From NCBI GenBank assembly GCA_044223005.1, contig JBGAML010000001.1, forward strand, positions 448,001-512,000: a stretch of DNA of 64,000 nt, written 5' to 3'. This stretch comes from Candidatus Eiseniibacteriota bacterium (GTDB lineage: Bacteria; Eisenbacteria; RBG-16-71-46). The notes beneath the pieces are model-generated. The model was not told the DNA's origin, did not search any database, and saw only the letters and a list, made by a program, of their open reading frames with translations. Positions 29,035-37,963 of this stretch are shown one piece after another (position 1 is the stretch's first letter; every line of letters starts with the position of its first letter). The position numbers were made by a program, and so were the translations under genes.

Positions 29035-29529
29035 TCAGCGCGCTCCCTTCGCCTGCTGCAGGTACTGCTCCCACGGCTCCTGTCGCGCCATGTGGCCGTC
29101 GCCGATGTAGCGCAGCAGGAGCAGGAACCGCTCGGGCTCGATGTAGCCCGGCACGTTCACGAGCCGCTCGCCGGTCGGCGAGAGAAAGACGGTGGTCGGG
29201 TAGCCGTCGACGCCGAACGTCGAGGCGAGCGTGCGCCCCGTGTACGCGCGGCCCAGCCACGACGCGGGCTCGCCGCCCTCGGCGTTGAGGCGCACGGTGA
29301 CGAAGTGCTCGCGCAGGTACGCGTCCACGTCCGCGCGGCGATACACCTCGGCGTCCATCTTCTTGCACCACCGGCACCAGTCCGTATAGACGTCGACCAG
29401 CACCGGGCGGCCGCTCGTCTTCGCCGCCTGCAGGCCGGCGTTCCAGGCCTGCCAGTTCGCGGCCGCGGCCGGCTGTGCCAGCGCGGCGGCGAGCAGCAGG
29501 GCGAGCGTCGTCGGGATCAGCGATCGCAT
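29035..29529 (-). CDS. Exported thioredoxin-fold protein (SoxW-like)
   Basis: Signal peptide, WCRWC, GYPTTVF. Confidence 0.85.
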   Translation of the reverse strand: MRSLIPTTLALLLAAALAQPAAAANWQAWNAGLQAAKTSGRPVLVDVYTDWCRWCKKMDAEVYRRADVDAYLREHFVTVRLNAEGGEPASWLGRAYTGRTLASTFGVDGYPTTVFLSPTGERLVNVPGYIEPERFLLLLRYIGDGHMARQEPWEQYLQQAKGAR

Positions 29530-29644
29530 GGGTTCCTCTCGAGTGTGGGGAGCTCGGCGTCCGTCACCCAGTGAGTGCCCGCAAAGGCTAGAAGGTTTCG
29601 GCCGCCCGCGCACGCCGGGGATGGTGGCAACTGTCCGGCGAGCG

Positions 29645-30481
29645 TCAAGCGTGCGCCGTGTGGCGCAGGGATTCGGCGATCCGGGCGGGGTCGAACCACA
29701 CGCCGCACAGCTTCGGGGAACCGAACTGGCCCGGGTTCACCACCACGGTCCGGCCGACGGCGTCCCGCCATGCTCCGGACACGCGCGGCGATTCGTGGAT
29801 GTGACCGCTCAGCACCAGCGGTGGCTGGTGGCGCTCCACGAACGCGCGAATGGCGCGCGAGCCGACGTGGTGCCCGCCAGCCATGACGTCGCACTTCGTG
29901 CCGCGGGGCGGCGAGTGCAGCACGAACAGCGTGTCGGCGGGCGCCGTGCGGCCGGCGAGCGACTCGAGCGCGGCCGCGATCGTCGGCGTGCGGTCGGCGG
30001 CGTCGAACGCGAACTCCCGCGGCCCCTCCGGGCCGCTCACCCAGCCCTGCAGGCGCATCGGCGATTCGTCCTCGCCGTCCTCCCAGCGCTCCCAGTCCTT
30101 GAGCGCAAACGGCGTGATCGGCACCCACGACAGCCCCGCGACGCGCACGCCGTCCACCTCGACGACGCGGTCGTGCAGCACGTGCCACAGCCCGCCGTCG
30201 TTCTGGTCGAGCACGTCGTGGTTCGCGCGCCAGTCGTCGTTGCCCATCAGCAGGAGCAGCCGCGTCGCGGGCGAGACCTCGCGCAGGCGACGCGCGAACT
30301 CCACCAGGAGCCCCTCGAGGAACAGCCGCTGGCGGCGCGGCCCGGCGTCCCCGGCCGCGTGCGGGCCGAGGTCGCCGCCCACGATCAGTGCGGGCGGCCG
30401 GCCGGTCGCGGCGAGCGCCAGCGCCTGCTCGTAGAAGTCGGCCTGCCCGTGCAGGTCGGATGTGAAGAGCCAGTCGGCCAC
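29645..30481 (-). CDS. Calcineurin-like metallophosphoesterase
   Basis: SDLHG, GGDL, GNDD, HSPP, GHIHE, NPG. Confidence 0.88.
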   Translation of the reverse strand: MADWLFTSDLHGQADFYEQALALAATGRPPALIVGGDLGPHAAGDAGPRRQRLFLEGLLVEFARRLREVSPATRLLLLMGNDDWRANHDVLDQNDGGLWHVLHDRVVEVDGVRVAGLSWVPITPFALKDWERWEDGEDESPMRLQGWVSGPEGPREFAFDAADRTPTIAAALESLAGRTAPADTLFVLHSPPRGTKCDVMAGGHHVGSRAIRAFVERHQPPLVLSGHIHESPRVSGAWRDAVGRTVVVNPGQFGSPKLCGVWFDPARIAESLRHTAHA

Positions 30482-30648
30482 GCGCGTCTCTCCGGGTGAT
30501 TCGAGAAAGCGTAGCGAGCGGGCCGCGTGGCGTCCACCACGACAGAAAGAGCTTGCTCGCGCGCGCGGGGCTCCGGATACTTTCCGGTCCGCCCGACCGC
30601 CGCGCGGACGCTGGTCATCTCCCTGTGAACTCCTCCCGAGCCCAATCC

Positions 30649-31875
30649 ATGATCCCGACCCGGTTCGTCCGCGCCCTCGTGGCGCTCGCGTTCGTCGCGC
30701 TTCCCGCCCTCGTCCACGCGGCGCCCGTCGCGCCCGCGGCGAAGAACCTGCTCGCGAATCCCGGCTTCGAAAAGGGGCTCGCGGGCCACGAGTGGATGCC
30801 CGCCGGCTGGGACACCTCGGACGCGGGCGTCTCGACGGTCTTCTTCGGGCGCGACACGCTGCTCGCGCACAGCGGCCACTACGGCGTGAACATCGCCAAC
30901 ACCAGCACCACGTACGCGATGGGCCACAACTGGTCGCAGTCGCTGCTGGTCGGGCGCGAGGCGTGGAACAAGACCGCGACGTTCACCGTGTGGACGCGCA
31001 GCGTCGGCCAGGACGGGCGCGCGTACCTCCTGCTGCAGGCGTACCGAGACACCATCTCGAAGATGTCGCGCATCTGGGCCGTCGATCGCGAAGAGGCGGC
31101 GCGGCGCCTCGGCATCGCGGCGGTCAACGATCCGCTCGCCGAACTGGGCTGGGATCGCGAACAGTGGATGGACAACCCGGACGGCTGGGTCAAGCGCGAG
31201 GCGAAGATCTTCGTACCGCCGAGCACCAACATGATCTTCGTGCGCGGCGGCCTCATGGGCACGGGCCAGGTCGCGTTCGACGACGCGTCGCTCACGCTGT
31301 CGCCGGCCATGCCGCCGGCACCGGCGCCGGCGAACCAGAACGTGCTCGTGGATCCGAGCTTCGAGGAGCGCGGGCTCGCGTGGGAGTGGGCGATCCCGCC
31401 GTTCCCCGGCACCGAGGTGGTGTGGGACTCGACCGTCGCGCACACGGGCCGCGGCAGCATGCGCGTCTCGGACCGCGGGCAGAGCCCCGTCGCGACGCGC
31501 GCGGGCGTGGCGCAGGTCATCCCCGGCTCGCGCATTCGCGGCAAGCACGTGAAGCTCTCGGGCTGGTTCAAGGGCGACAGCATCGCGGCCGAGTGCTACG
31601 TGAAGCTCTACTTCCAGACGCCCGGCGGCGTCATCCAGACGGCCGGTTCGCACTCCTACAGCGGCACGTTCGACTGGACGCAGACGGCGATCGACGCCGA
31701 CGCCCCGCCGGACACCGAGGAAGCGTGGGCGTGGATGATGTTCAGCGTGCCCGCGACCGGACGCGTGTGGATGGACGACGCGACGCTGGTCGTGACCGGG
31801 TCCGCGACGTCGGCGGCCGCGAAGCCGGCGGCGCCGAAGCGCAGCACCACGAAACCCGCATCCGGGCGTCGTTGA
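30649..31875 (+). CDS. Secreted protein with two CBM4/9-like beta-sandwich modules
   Basis: Signal peptide; modules start NLLANPGFE and NVLVDPSFE and end FDDASL / MDDATL. Confidence 0.65.
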   Translation: MIPTRFVRALVALAFVALPALVHAAPVAPAAKNLLANPGFEKGLAGHEWMPAGWDTSDAGVSTVFFGRDTLLAHSGHYGVNIANTSTTYAMGHNWSQSLLVGREAWNKTATFTVWTRSVGQDGRAYLLLQAYRDTISKMSRIWAVDREEAARRLGIAAVNDPLAELGWDREQWMDNPDGWVKREAKIFVPPSTNMIFVRGGLMGTGQVAFDDASLTLSPAMPPAPAPANQNVLVDPSFEERGLAWEWAIPPFPGTEVVWDSTVAHTGRGSMRVSDRGQSPVATRAGVAQVIPGSRIRGKHVKLSGWFKGDSIAAECYVKLYFQTPGGVIQTAGSHSYSGTFDWTQTAIDADAPPDTEEAWAWMMFSVPATGRVWMDDATLVVTGSATSAAAKPAAPKRSTTKPASGRR

Positions 31876-31894
31876 ACGCTTTCGCGAACGGGGC

Positions 31895-31923
31895 TTGACG
31901 CTCGCATCGCGCCCGCACAGACT
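31895..31923 (+). promoter_or_regulatory. Sigma70-like promoter facing the structured intergenic region
   Basis: TTGACG-N17-CAGACT. Confidence 0.55.
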
Positions 31924-31929
31924 CTGCTC

Positions 31930-32160
31930 TGCAGCTGGGCAGGGAAGCCTCCTTGGCAGGGAGTTCCCGAACCCGAGCCGAAGCGCCGTTCGCTGCACGG
32001 CGCTTTCTCCGTTCCCGAATCCGGTGATCACGAGCGAGGTGGCGCCGGAGGAGAATTCGGAGACCCGCGGTGAGGAAGCTGCAGCGCGAACGGTGCACTC
32101 GCCCGAAGTGACGCACGCCGGTCGCGCGGAAGGGGCCCCCCCTCTTCTTGGTTTCGCGCC
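31930..32160 (+). ncRNA. Putative structured non-coding RNA (6S-like rod is one candidate)
   Basis: Between convergent genes, own promoter, nested helices 31983-31997/32080-32096, 32006-32011/32058-32063, 32020-32026/32043-32049. Confidence 0.5.
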
Positions 32161-32184
32161 GTCGGTCGCTCCGCGGACCGACGG
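32159..32184. terminator. Hairpin between the ncRNA candidate and the HDAC gene
   Basis: ccgtcggtc / gaccgacgg inverted repeat. Confidence 0.5.
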
Positions 32185-32217
32185 ACGCAGCCCTCTCCCC
32201 GAGGGCCCCGCGTATTC

Positions 32218-33117
32218 TCAGCCGCGCGCGCCGAACACGGCGCGACACGTGGCGACGTGGATGCGCACCGTGTCCTCGACCCGCCGCGCGTAGCCGCCGC
32301 CGAGCGTCGAGACCAGCGGAATCCCGCGTTCGGCGCAGCCCCGGGCCACCATGCGGTCGCGCTGCTCGAGCCCCGCGAACGTGAGCGCGAGCCCGCCGAG
32401 CTGGTCGTCGGCGTACGGATCAGCGCCGGCCTGGTAGAGCACCAATTGCGGGGCGTGCGCCCACACGCGCTCGAGCGCGGCGGCGAGCGCGGCGAGGTAC
32501 TCGGTGTCGCCGGTGCCGTCGTCCAGCCCCACGTCCAGGTCGCTGCGCGCCTTGGGCACCGGGTAGTTGCGCTCCTGGTGGAGCGAGAGCGTGAACACGC
32601 GCGAGTCCGCCGCGAAGATCGCCGCCGTGCCGTTGCCCTGGTGGACGTCGAGGTCCACCACGGCGGCGCGCTCGATCGCGCCCTCGGCCTGCAGCGCGCG
32701 CACCGCCACGGCGAGATCGTTCAGGTAGCAGAAGCCCTCGGCGTGACCGGCATGCGCGTGGTGCAGCCCGCCACCCACGTGCGCCGCCACCCCGCGCTCG
32801 AGCGCCGCGCGCGCCGCGAGCAGCGTTCCGGCGGCGCCGAGCCCGAACGCGGCGACGATGTCCGCGGTGAGCGGCAGCTCGGAGCGCTCCGTGCGCCACG
32901 TCCAGCGCAGCGCGTCGAGGTCGTCGAGGTACTCGGCCTCGTGCGCGCTCGCGAGCGTCGCGCGGTCGCACGGCGCGGGCGCGAGCGTCTCGCCCGGCGC
33001 CACGTCGCCGGCTGCGAGCAGCGCCTCGTGCACGAGCGCGTACTTGCGCACGGGGAACACGTGCGCGCCGATGTCGCAGGCGTAGCCGGCGGACCAGACG
33101 ACCGCGGGGCGGTTCAT
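32218..33117 (-). CDS. Histone deacetylase-family protein
   Basis: HVFPVRKY, GGGLHHA, GFCYLND, DLDVHQGNG, QAGAD, GGGY. Confidence 0.95.
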   Translation of the reverse strand: MNRPAVVWSAGYACDIGAHVFPVRKYALVHEALLAAGDVAPGETLAPAPCDRATLASAHEAEYLDDLDALRWTWRTERSELPLTADIVAAFGLGAAGTLLAARAALERGVAAHVGGGLHHAHAGHAEGFCYLNDLAVAVRALQAEGAIERAAVVDLDVHQGNGTAAIFAADSRVFTLSLHQERNYPVPKARSDLDVGLDDGTGDTEYLAALAAALERVWAHAPQLVLYQAGADPYADDQLGGLALTFAGLEQRDRMVARGCAERGIPLVSTLGGGYARRVEDTVRIHVATCRAVFGARG

Positions 33118-33165
33118 GCGCCGCAGCCTGCCACCGCGGTGGCGGCGGCCGCAACGGCGGCTCGG

Positions 33166-33840
33166 TCAGGCGCGGCGCGCGCGCCGGCGCGGCGCCCGGG
33201 CCGGCGACTCGAACTCGCGCGCCAGCCCCACGATCGCTCGCCGAGTCGCGTCCGGCTTCGGTGCCGCGATCGTCCGGCGCCCGAGCGAGGCGCGCACCGA
33301 GACCATCCCCGACACGGCCCCGAAGATCGTCGCCGCCAGTTCCCGGTCGGCCTCCGTCCGCGCGCCCCGGCCGCTCGCGCGCGCCAGCACGCCGGCGAGG
33401 CGGACGACGTGGTCGGCGAGCACGCGGCGCAGCCGGGGCAGCTGGTCGCCACGGAACTTGAGCAGGCCGCGCACCTGGTGGAAGACGCGCATGAGGTCGG
33501 GGCTCTCGCGAAAGAACTCGAGGTGCGCTGCGGTGACGGCGTCGACGCCGGCCTCGCGCGAGCGCGCACCGGCCGCGGCGGCTTCGACGCGCGCGAACAG
33601 GGCGTCGAACCCTTCGGTGACGACGGCTTCGATGAGCGCCTCCTTGCTCGCGAAGTAGCCGTAGAGCGTACCCTTGGCGATTCCGGCTCCGCGCGAGAGG
33701 TCCTCGATGCGGGACTCGTAGAGCCCCTTCTCGGCGAAGAGCGTCCGCCCGGCTGCGAGCAGCTCGCGCCGGGTGAGCGACTTCTTCAACTCCCGCCGGC
33801 CATGGACGGCCGCCGGCGGACGGGATTTCTGCGAGGCCAT
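33166..33840 (-). CDS. TetR/AcrR family transcriptional regulator
   Basis: LFAEKG..IEDLSRGAGIAKGTLYGYFASKEAL HTH; GGAGG before ATG. Confidence 0.92.
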   Translation of the reverse strand: MASQKSRPPAAVHGRRELKKSLTRRELLAAGRTLFAEKGLYESRIEDLSRGAGIAKGTLYGYFASKEALIEAVVTEGFDALFARVEAAAAGARSREAGVDAVTAAHLEFFRESPDLMRVFHQVRGLLKFRGDQLPRLRRVLADHVVRLAGVLARASGRGARTEADRELAATIFGAVSGMVSVRASLGRRTIAAPKPDATRRAIVGLAREFESPARAPRRRARRA

Positions 33841-33877
33841 GGGTCCTCCGAGGAGACGTGCGTCGGCGCGCAAGCGA

Positions 33878-33906
33878 AAGGTAGGAGGCGCACGCACGGC
33901 GGTCAA
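33878..33906 (-). promoter_or_regulatory. Sigma70-like promoter of tetR
   Basis: Minus strand TTGACC-N17-TACCTT. Confidence 0.6.
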
Positions 33907-33943
33907 CGCCCGCCGCAGGGCGCCGCGCCGGACCGGGTCCATG

Positions 33944-33976
33944 AAAGTTGACCCACTGGTCAACTTTGTTTATCGT
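33944..33976 (+). promoter_or_regulatory. Perfect palindrome (probable TetR operator) overlapping the CLC promoter
   Basis: aaagttgacc-cact-ggtcaacttt at 33944-33967; TTGACC-N17-TATCGT at 33948-33976. Confidence 0.75.
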
Positions 33977-34138
33977 TCTCGACGCCGCGCGGCCGGTTCC
34001 GGTCCGGTGGGCGTGCCCAGCTCCTCCCCGCTCGCCTCCGTACCGCGGCCGCCGGAGACGAGAACCGTCGTGAGCCCGGCCGGGTGGGGCCGGCCGGGCC
34101 TCGCGGCGCAACGGGCGCGGCACCGCCCCGGGAGAGCC

Positions 34139-35977
34139 ATGTCCCCGCTACGGCACATCCGCCGCGAAGCCGAGAAGCTCGAACTCCAGTCCGTCGGCCG
34201 GACGCTCGCCCTGTGCTCGCTCGTCGGTCTCGTGGCGGGGCTCGGCGCGATCGTCTTCCAGTACCTGTGCCAGTGGACGTCGCACGTGGCGCTGGACGCC
34301 CTCGCGGGCCTGCGCATGGAGGGGCCCGCGGGCGAGCGGGCGCTCTTCGCCGCCACCACGGCGCCGTTCCGCCCGTGGGCGCTGCCCCTGGTGGTCGCCG
34401 CCGGCGGCCTGCTGACCGGCGTGCTCGTGCAGCGGTTCGCGCCCGAGGCGGCCGGGCACGGCACCGACGCGGCCATCGACGCGTTCCATCGCCGGGGCGG
34501 GGTGATCCGAGGCCGCGTCCCGATCGTGAAGACGCTCGCCTCGGCGATCACGCTCGGCTCCGGTGGTTCCGGCGGTCGCGAAGGACCGATCGCGCAGATC
34601 GGCGCCGGCTTCGGCTCGTTCCTCGCCACGAGGCTCGGGCTCGGCGAGCGCGAGCGCCGCATCCTGCTCGCGGCCGGAGTGGGCGCCGGTGTCGGCAGCA
34701 TCTTCCGCGCGCCGCTCGCGGGCGCGCTGTTCGCCGCGGAGGTGCTTTACTCCGATCCGGAGTTCGAGCCCGACGCGATCATCCCCGCGGCGATCGCGAC
34801 GATCGTCGCGTACTGCGTGTTCTCGCTGCGCTTCGGCTTCGGGGCACTCTTCGACACCCCGCGCTTCACGTTCCACTCCGCCGCGGAGCTGCTCCCCTAC
34901 ACCGTGCTCGCGGTGGTCGTCGCGCTCGCCGCAGGCATGTTCGTGAAGGTGTTCTACGGCCTCCACGCGCTCTTCGACCGCCTGCCGGTGCCGAAGTGGG
35001 TGCGCCCGGCCATCGGCGGCCTGCTGGCGGGGCTCGTGGGGCTACTGGTGCTCGCGATCACCGGCGAGTCGCGTTCGCTGGATGTCCTCTCGTTCGGCTA
35101 CGGCACCGTGCAGCACGCGCTGCACGCCGAGCTGCCACTGACGCTGCTGCTCGTGATCGCGTTCGGCAAGATGCTGACGACGGGCCTCTCGATCGGCTCC
35201 GGCGGCTCGGGCGGCGTCTTCGGCCCGTCCATGGTGGTCGGTGGCGCGCTCGGCGGCGCGGTGGGCCTGCTCGCACGGCAGTGGCTGCCGGGCGTGGTCA
35301 CGCAGCCCGGCGCGTACGTGGCGGTGGGCATGGCGGGCTTCTTCGCGGCGGCGGCGAACACGCCGATCTCGACGCTCGTGATGGTCTCGGAGATGACCGG
35401 CAACTACGAGCTGCTCCTGCCCTCGCTGTGGGTCTGCTCGATCGCCTTCCTGCTCGCGCGGCGCTGGTCGCTCTACCGCAACCAGGTGCGCAGCCGGCTC
35501 GATTCGCCGGCGCATCGCGGGGCGATCTTCGGCGGCCTGCTCCGGTCGCTGCGCGTGCGCGACGCGATCGACGGGCGGCCCGTGCACGCCCTGCGCGACA
35601 CCACGCCGCTGCCGGACGTCATCCAGGCGTGCATGCACTCCTCGCAGCACATCTTCCCCGTGGTCGACGCCGACGGCCTGCTCTGCGGCGTGATCCGCCT
35701 CGCCCAGGTGCGACAGTTCCTCGACGAGCACGCCGCGGACACGGTCGTGATCGCCGACGACCTCGCCGTCCGCCCGCGGGCGTTCCTCGCGCCCGAAGAC
35801 GATCTCGAGCAGGCCCTGCAGCGGCTGATGCGGGTCGACGTCGAGGACCTGCTCGTCGTCGACCCGGCCGAGCCCCGGCGTGCGCTCGGCGTCCTGTCGC
35901 GCCGCGACATCGTCGCGGCCTACGCCCGCGGCCGCCTGCACGAGCCGCCGCCTCCCGGCGCCCCGACCGGTCCGTGA
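34139..35977 (+). CDS. CLC chloride channel/antiporter with C-terminal CBS domains
   Basis: GHGTD, GREGP, FRAPLAG, GVFGP, EMTG.Y, CBS pair. Confidence 0.93.
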   Translation: MSPLRHIRREAEKLELQSVGRTLALCSLVGLVAGLGAIVFQYLCQWTSHVALDALAGLRMEGPAGERALFAATTAPFRPWALPLVVAAGGLLTGVLVQRFAPEAAGHGTDAAIDAFHRRGGVIRGRVPIVKTLASAITLGSGGSGGREGPIAQIGAGFGSFLATRLGLGERERRILLAAGVGAGVGSIFRAPLAGALFAAEVLYSDPEFEPDAIIPAAIATIVAYCVFSLRFGFGALFDTPRFTFHSAAELLPYTVLAVVVALAAGMFVKVFYGLHALFDRLPVPKWVRPAIGGLLAGLVGLLVLAITGESRSLDVLSFGYGTVQHALHAELPLTLLLVIAFGKMLTTGLSIGSGGSGGVFGPSMVVGGALGGAVGLLARQWLPGVVTQPGAYVAVGMAGFFAAAANTPISTLVMVSEMTGNYELLLPSLWVCSIAFLLARRWSLYRNQVRSRLDSPAHRGAIFGGLLRSLRVRDAIDGRPVHALRDTTPLPDVIQACMHSSQHIFPVVDADGLLCGVIRLAQVRQFLDEHAADTVVIADDLAVRPRAFLAPEDDLEQALQRLMRVDVEDLLVVDPAEPRRALGVLSRRDIVAAYARGRLHEPPPPGAPTGP

Positions 35978-36013
35978 CGCGCGCGGGCGTGCGGCCTACA
36001 CTGCCCGCGCGCC

Positions 36014-37234
36014 ATGACCGCCTCCGATCGCGAACTCGACGCCGCGTTCCGCACGCTCGCCCGCCGCCTGCTCGCGCGGCGGCTCGCGGCCCTCAACGGC
36101 CGCATGCGCGTCGTGCTGCTCGGGCTCGCCGGCTACGTCGCCGCGTTCACCTACTGGCAGGTCCGCGTGCCGCTCGACGGCGTGCACCGCGCGCACGGAC
36201 CCGACGCGGCCGCGCGGCTGCTCGGCATCGTGCTGCTCGCGCTCGCGGCCGCGGGCGCGCTCACGGGCGCGTGGCGGCGCGCGGCCCTCGCGGCGCGGAC
36301 GCCGGGCCCGGAGTGGCTCGCGCTCCCCTTGCCGCCCGCGCGCGTGGCGGGACTCCTCGACGCGGACGCGCTCGTCACCGCGGCCAGCGCCTTCGTGCCC
36401 GCGGCCGCCGCGTGGCTCGCGGTGTGGGGACTGGCGCGCCCATGGCAGCTCGCGCTGCTGGTGCCGGGCTTCGCGCTCGCGTGGTACGTCCTCGCACTCG
36501 CCGCGGCCCGGATCGCCGCATTCGCGGTGCTGCCGCACGGCGGCCCCGGTGCCTCGCTGCCCGCGACGACGCGGGCGCTGACGACCGCACCGGCCGGCGC
36601 CGCGACCCGGCGCGTCGCGGCGCCCACGTGGCGGCGCGCCTCCGCATCGGGCGCGATCCGCCGGCTCGACGCGCTCGCGACCCGCCGGCGCTCGGCGGCA
36701 CGCACGCGCATGGTGCTCGCGCTGCTGGCGTTCGCGCTCGGCGCGATCGCATGGTTCGTGGACGCCCCGCCGCTCGTGCGGCGCGCGCTCTCGTATGCCG
36801 CCTTCGGCGCCGGCACGGCCGCCCTCGGCGGCTGGGCGATCGCGCGCACCTGCGCCGATCCCGACAGCGCGATCCGTCCGTTGCCGCTCGACGTGTGGGA
36901 CCTCTGGCGTGCACGCGCCGGCACGATCCTCGCGCTCGTCGCGGCCACGGCGGTGCTGCACGCGGGGCTGGCGTTCGCGCTGCCGCCCATGGCGCGCGTC
37001 GGCAACCTGCTCGCATGGCTGCCGAGCGGGTTCGCGATCGCGCTCCTCGGCCTGCACTACGCGCTCTCGCTCTCGCCGCGCGCGACGCTGGCGGAGAATC
37101 TCTACTACGGCTGGCTCGTGGTCGCGATGGTCGCGAGCTGGATGATTCCGTTCCTCGGCTGGGGCGTCCTGATCGCGGGCCTCTGGCATTCCACGCGCCG
37201 CCTCTCGCGCTGGCGCGAACCGGAGATCGGCTGA
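36014..37234 (+). CDS. Membrane protein, probable ABC exporter permease
   Basis: About 10 TM segments; stop overlaps the start of an ABC ATPase. Confidence 0.6.
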   Translation: MTASDRELDAAFRTLARRLLARRLAALNGRMRVVLLGLAGYVAAFTYWQVRVPLDGVHRAHGPDAAARLLGIVLLALAAAGALTGAWRRAALAARTPGPEWLALPLPPARVAGLLDADALVTAASAFVPAAAAWLAVWGLARPWQLALLVPGFALAWYVLALAAARIAAFAVLPHGGPGASLPATTRALTTAPAGAATRRVAAPTWRRASASGAIRRLDALATRRRSAARTRMVLALLAFALGAIAWFVDAPPLVRRALSYAAFGAGTAALGGWAIARTCADPDSAIRPLPLDVWDLWRARAGTILALVAATAVLHAGLAFALPPMARVGNLLAWLPSGFAIALLGLHYALSLSPRATLAENLYYGWLVVAMVASWMIPFLGWGVLIAGLWHSTRRLSRWREPEIG

Positions 37235-37956
37235 TGCTGCAGATCGAAGACCTGCGCCGCGCCTACGGCGACCGCGAAGCGCTGGCCGGGGTCTCGTTCG
37301 AGGTGCGACCCGGCGAGATCGTCGGCCTGCTCGGCGCGAACGGCGCGGGCAAGAGCACGCTGCTGCGCACCGCGGCCGGGCTGCAGCCCCCGGACCGGGG
37401 CCGCGTGCGGGTCGCCGGGCACGACGTGTGGGCCGAACCCCGCGACGCGCGCGCGGCGCTGGGCTACGCGGCCGAGGAGCCGAGCTTCCACGAGGAACTC
37501 TCGGCGGCGGAGTACCTGGCGTTCGTGGCCGCGGTGCGCGGGCTCGAGCCCGAAGAGGCGCGCCGGCGCACGCTCGATCTCGCGGCGCGCCTGGACCTCG
37601 CGCCACGGCTCGACGAGCCGGTGCGGGCGTATTCGCACGGGATGCGCAAGAAGGTGTCGTTCCTCGCGGCGACGCTGCACCGGCCGCAGGTGCTGCTCTG
37701 CGACGAGGCGCTCGAGGGCTTCGACGCGCCGTCGGCGCTCGCGGCGAAGGACGAGCTGCGCGCGATCGCGCGGGGCGGCAGCGCGGTGCTCTTCTCGAGC
37801 CACGTCACCGAGACGGTGGAGCGGCTCTGCGATCGCGTGCTGATCCTCGCCGCCGGCCGGCTCGCGCGCGAGCTGTCGCGGGCCGACTGGGGCGCTCCGG
37901 ACACGGCGACGTCCGAACTCGAGCGCGCGTTCCTCGCCGTGGTCCGCGGCGGCTGA
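37234..37956 (+). CDS. ABC transporter ATP-binding protein
   Basis: GANGAGKST, YSHGM signature, LLCDE, SSH. Confidence 0.92.
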   Translation: MLQIEDLRRAYGDREALAGVSFEVRPGEIVGLLGANGAGKSTLLRTAAGLQPPDRGRVRVAGHDVWAEPRDARAALGYAAEEPSFHEELSAAEYLAFVAAVRGLEPEEARRRTLDLAARLDLAPRLDEPVRAYSHGMRKKVSFLAATLHRPQVLLCDEALEGFDAPSALAAKDELRAIARGGSAVLFSSHVTETVERLCDRVLILAAGRLARELSRADWGAPDTATSELERAFLAVVRGG

Positions 37957-37963
37957 CGCCGCC

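Noticed and set aside
31930..32160. SRP RNA, RNase P RNA, tmRNA, tRNA-Sec or T-box identity for the structured region
   Set aside because: No SRP helix-8 motif, no GAGGAAAGTCC, no tRNA-like ends; GGTGGCGCC resembles a T-box but there is no downstream co-oriented gene.
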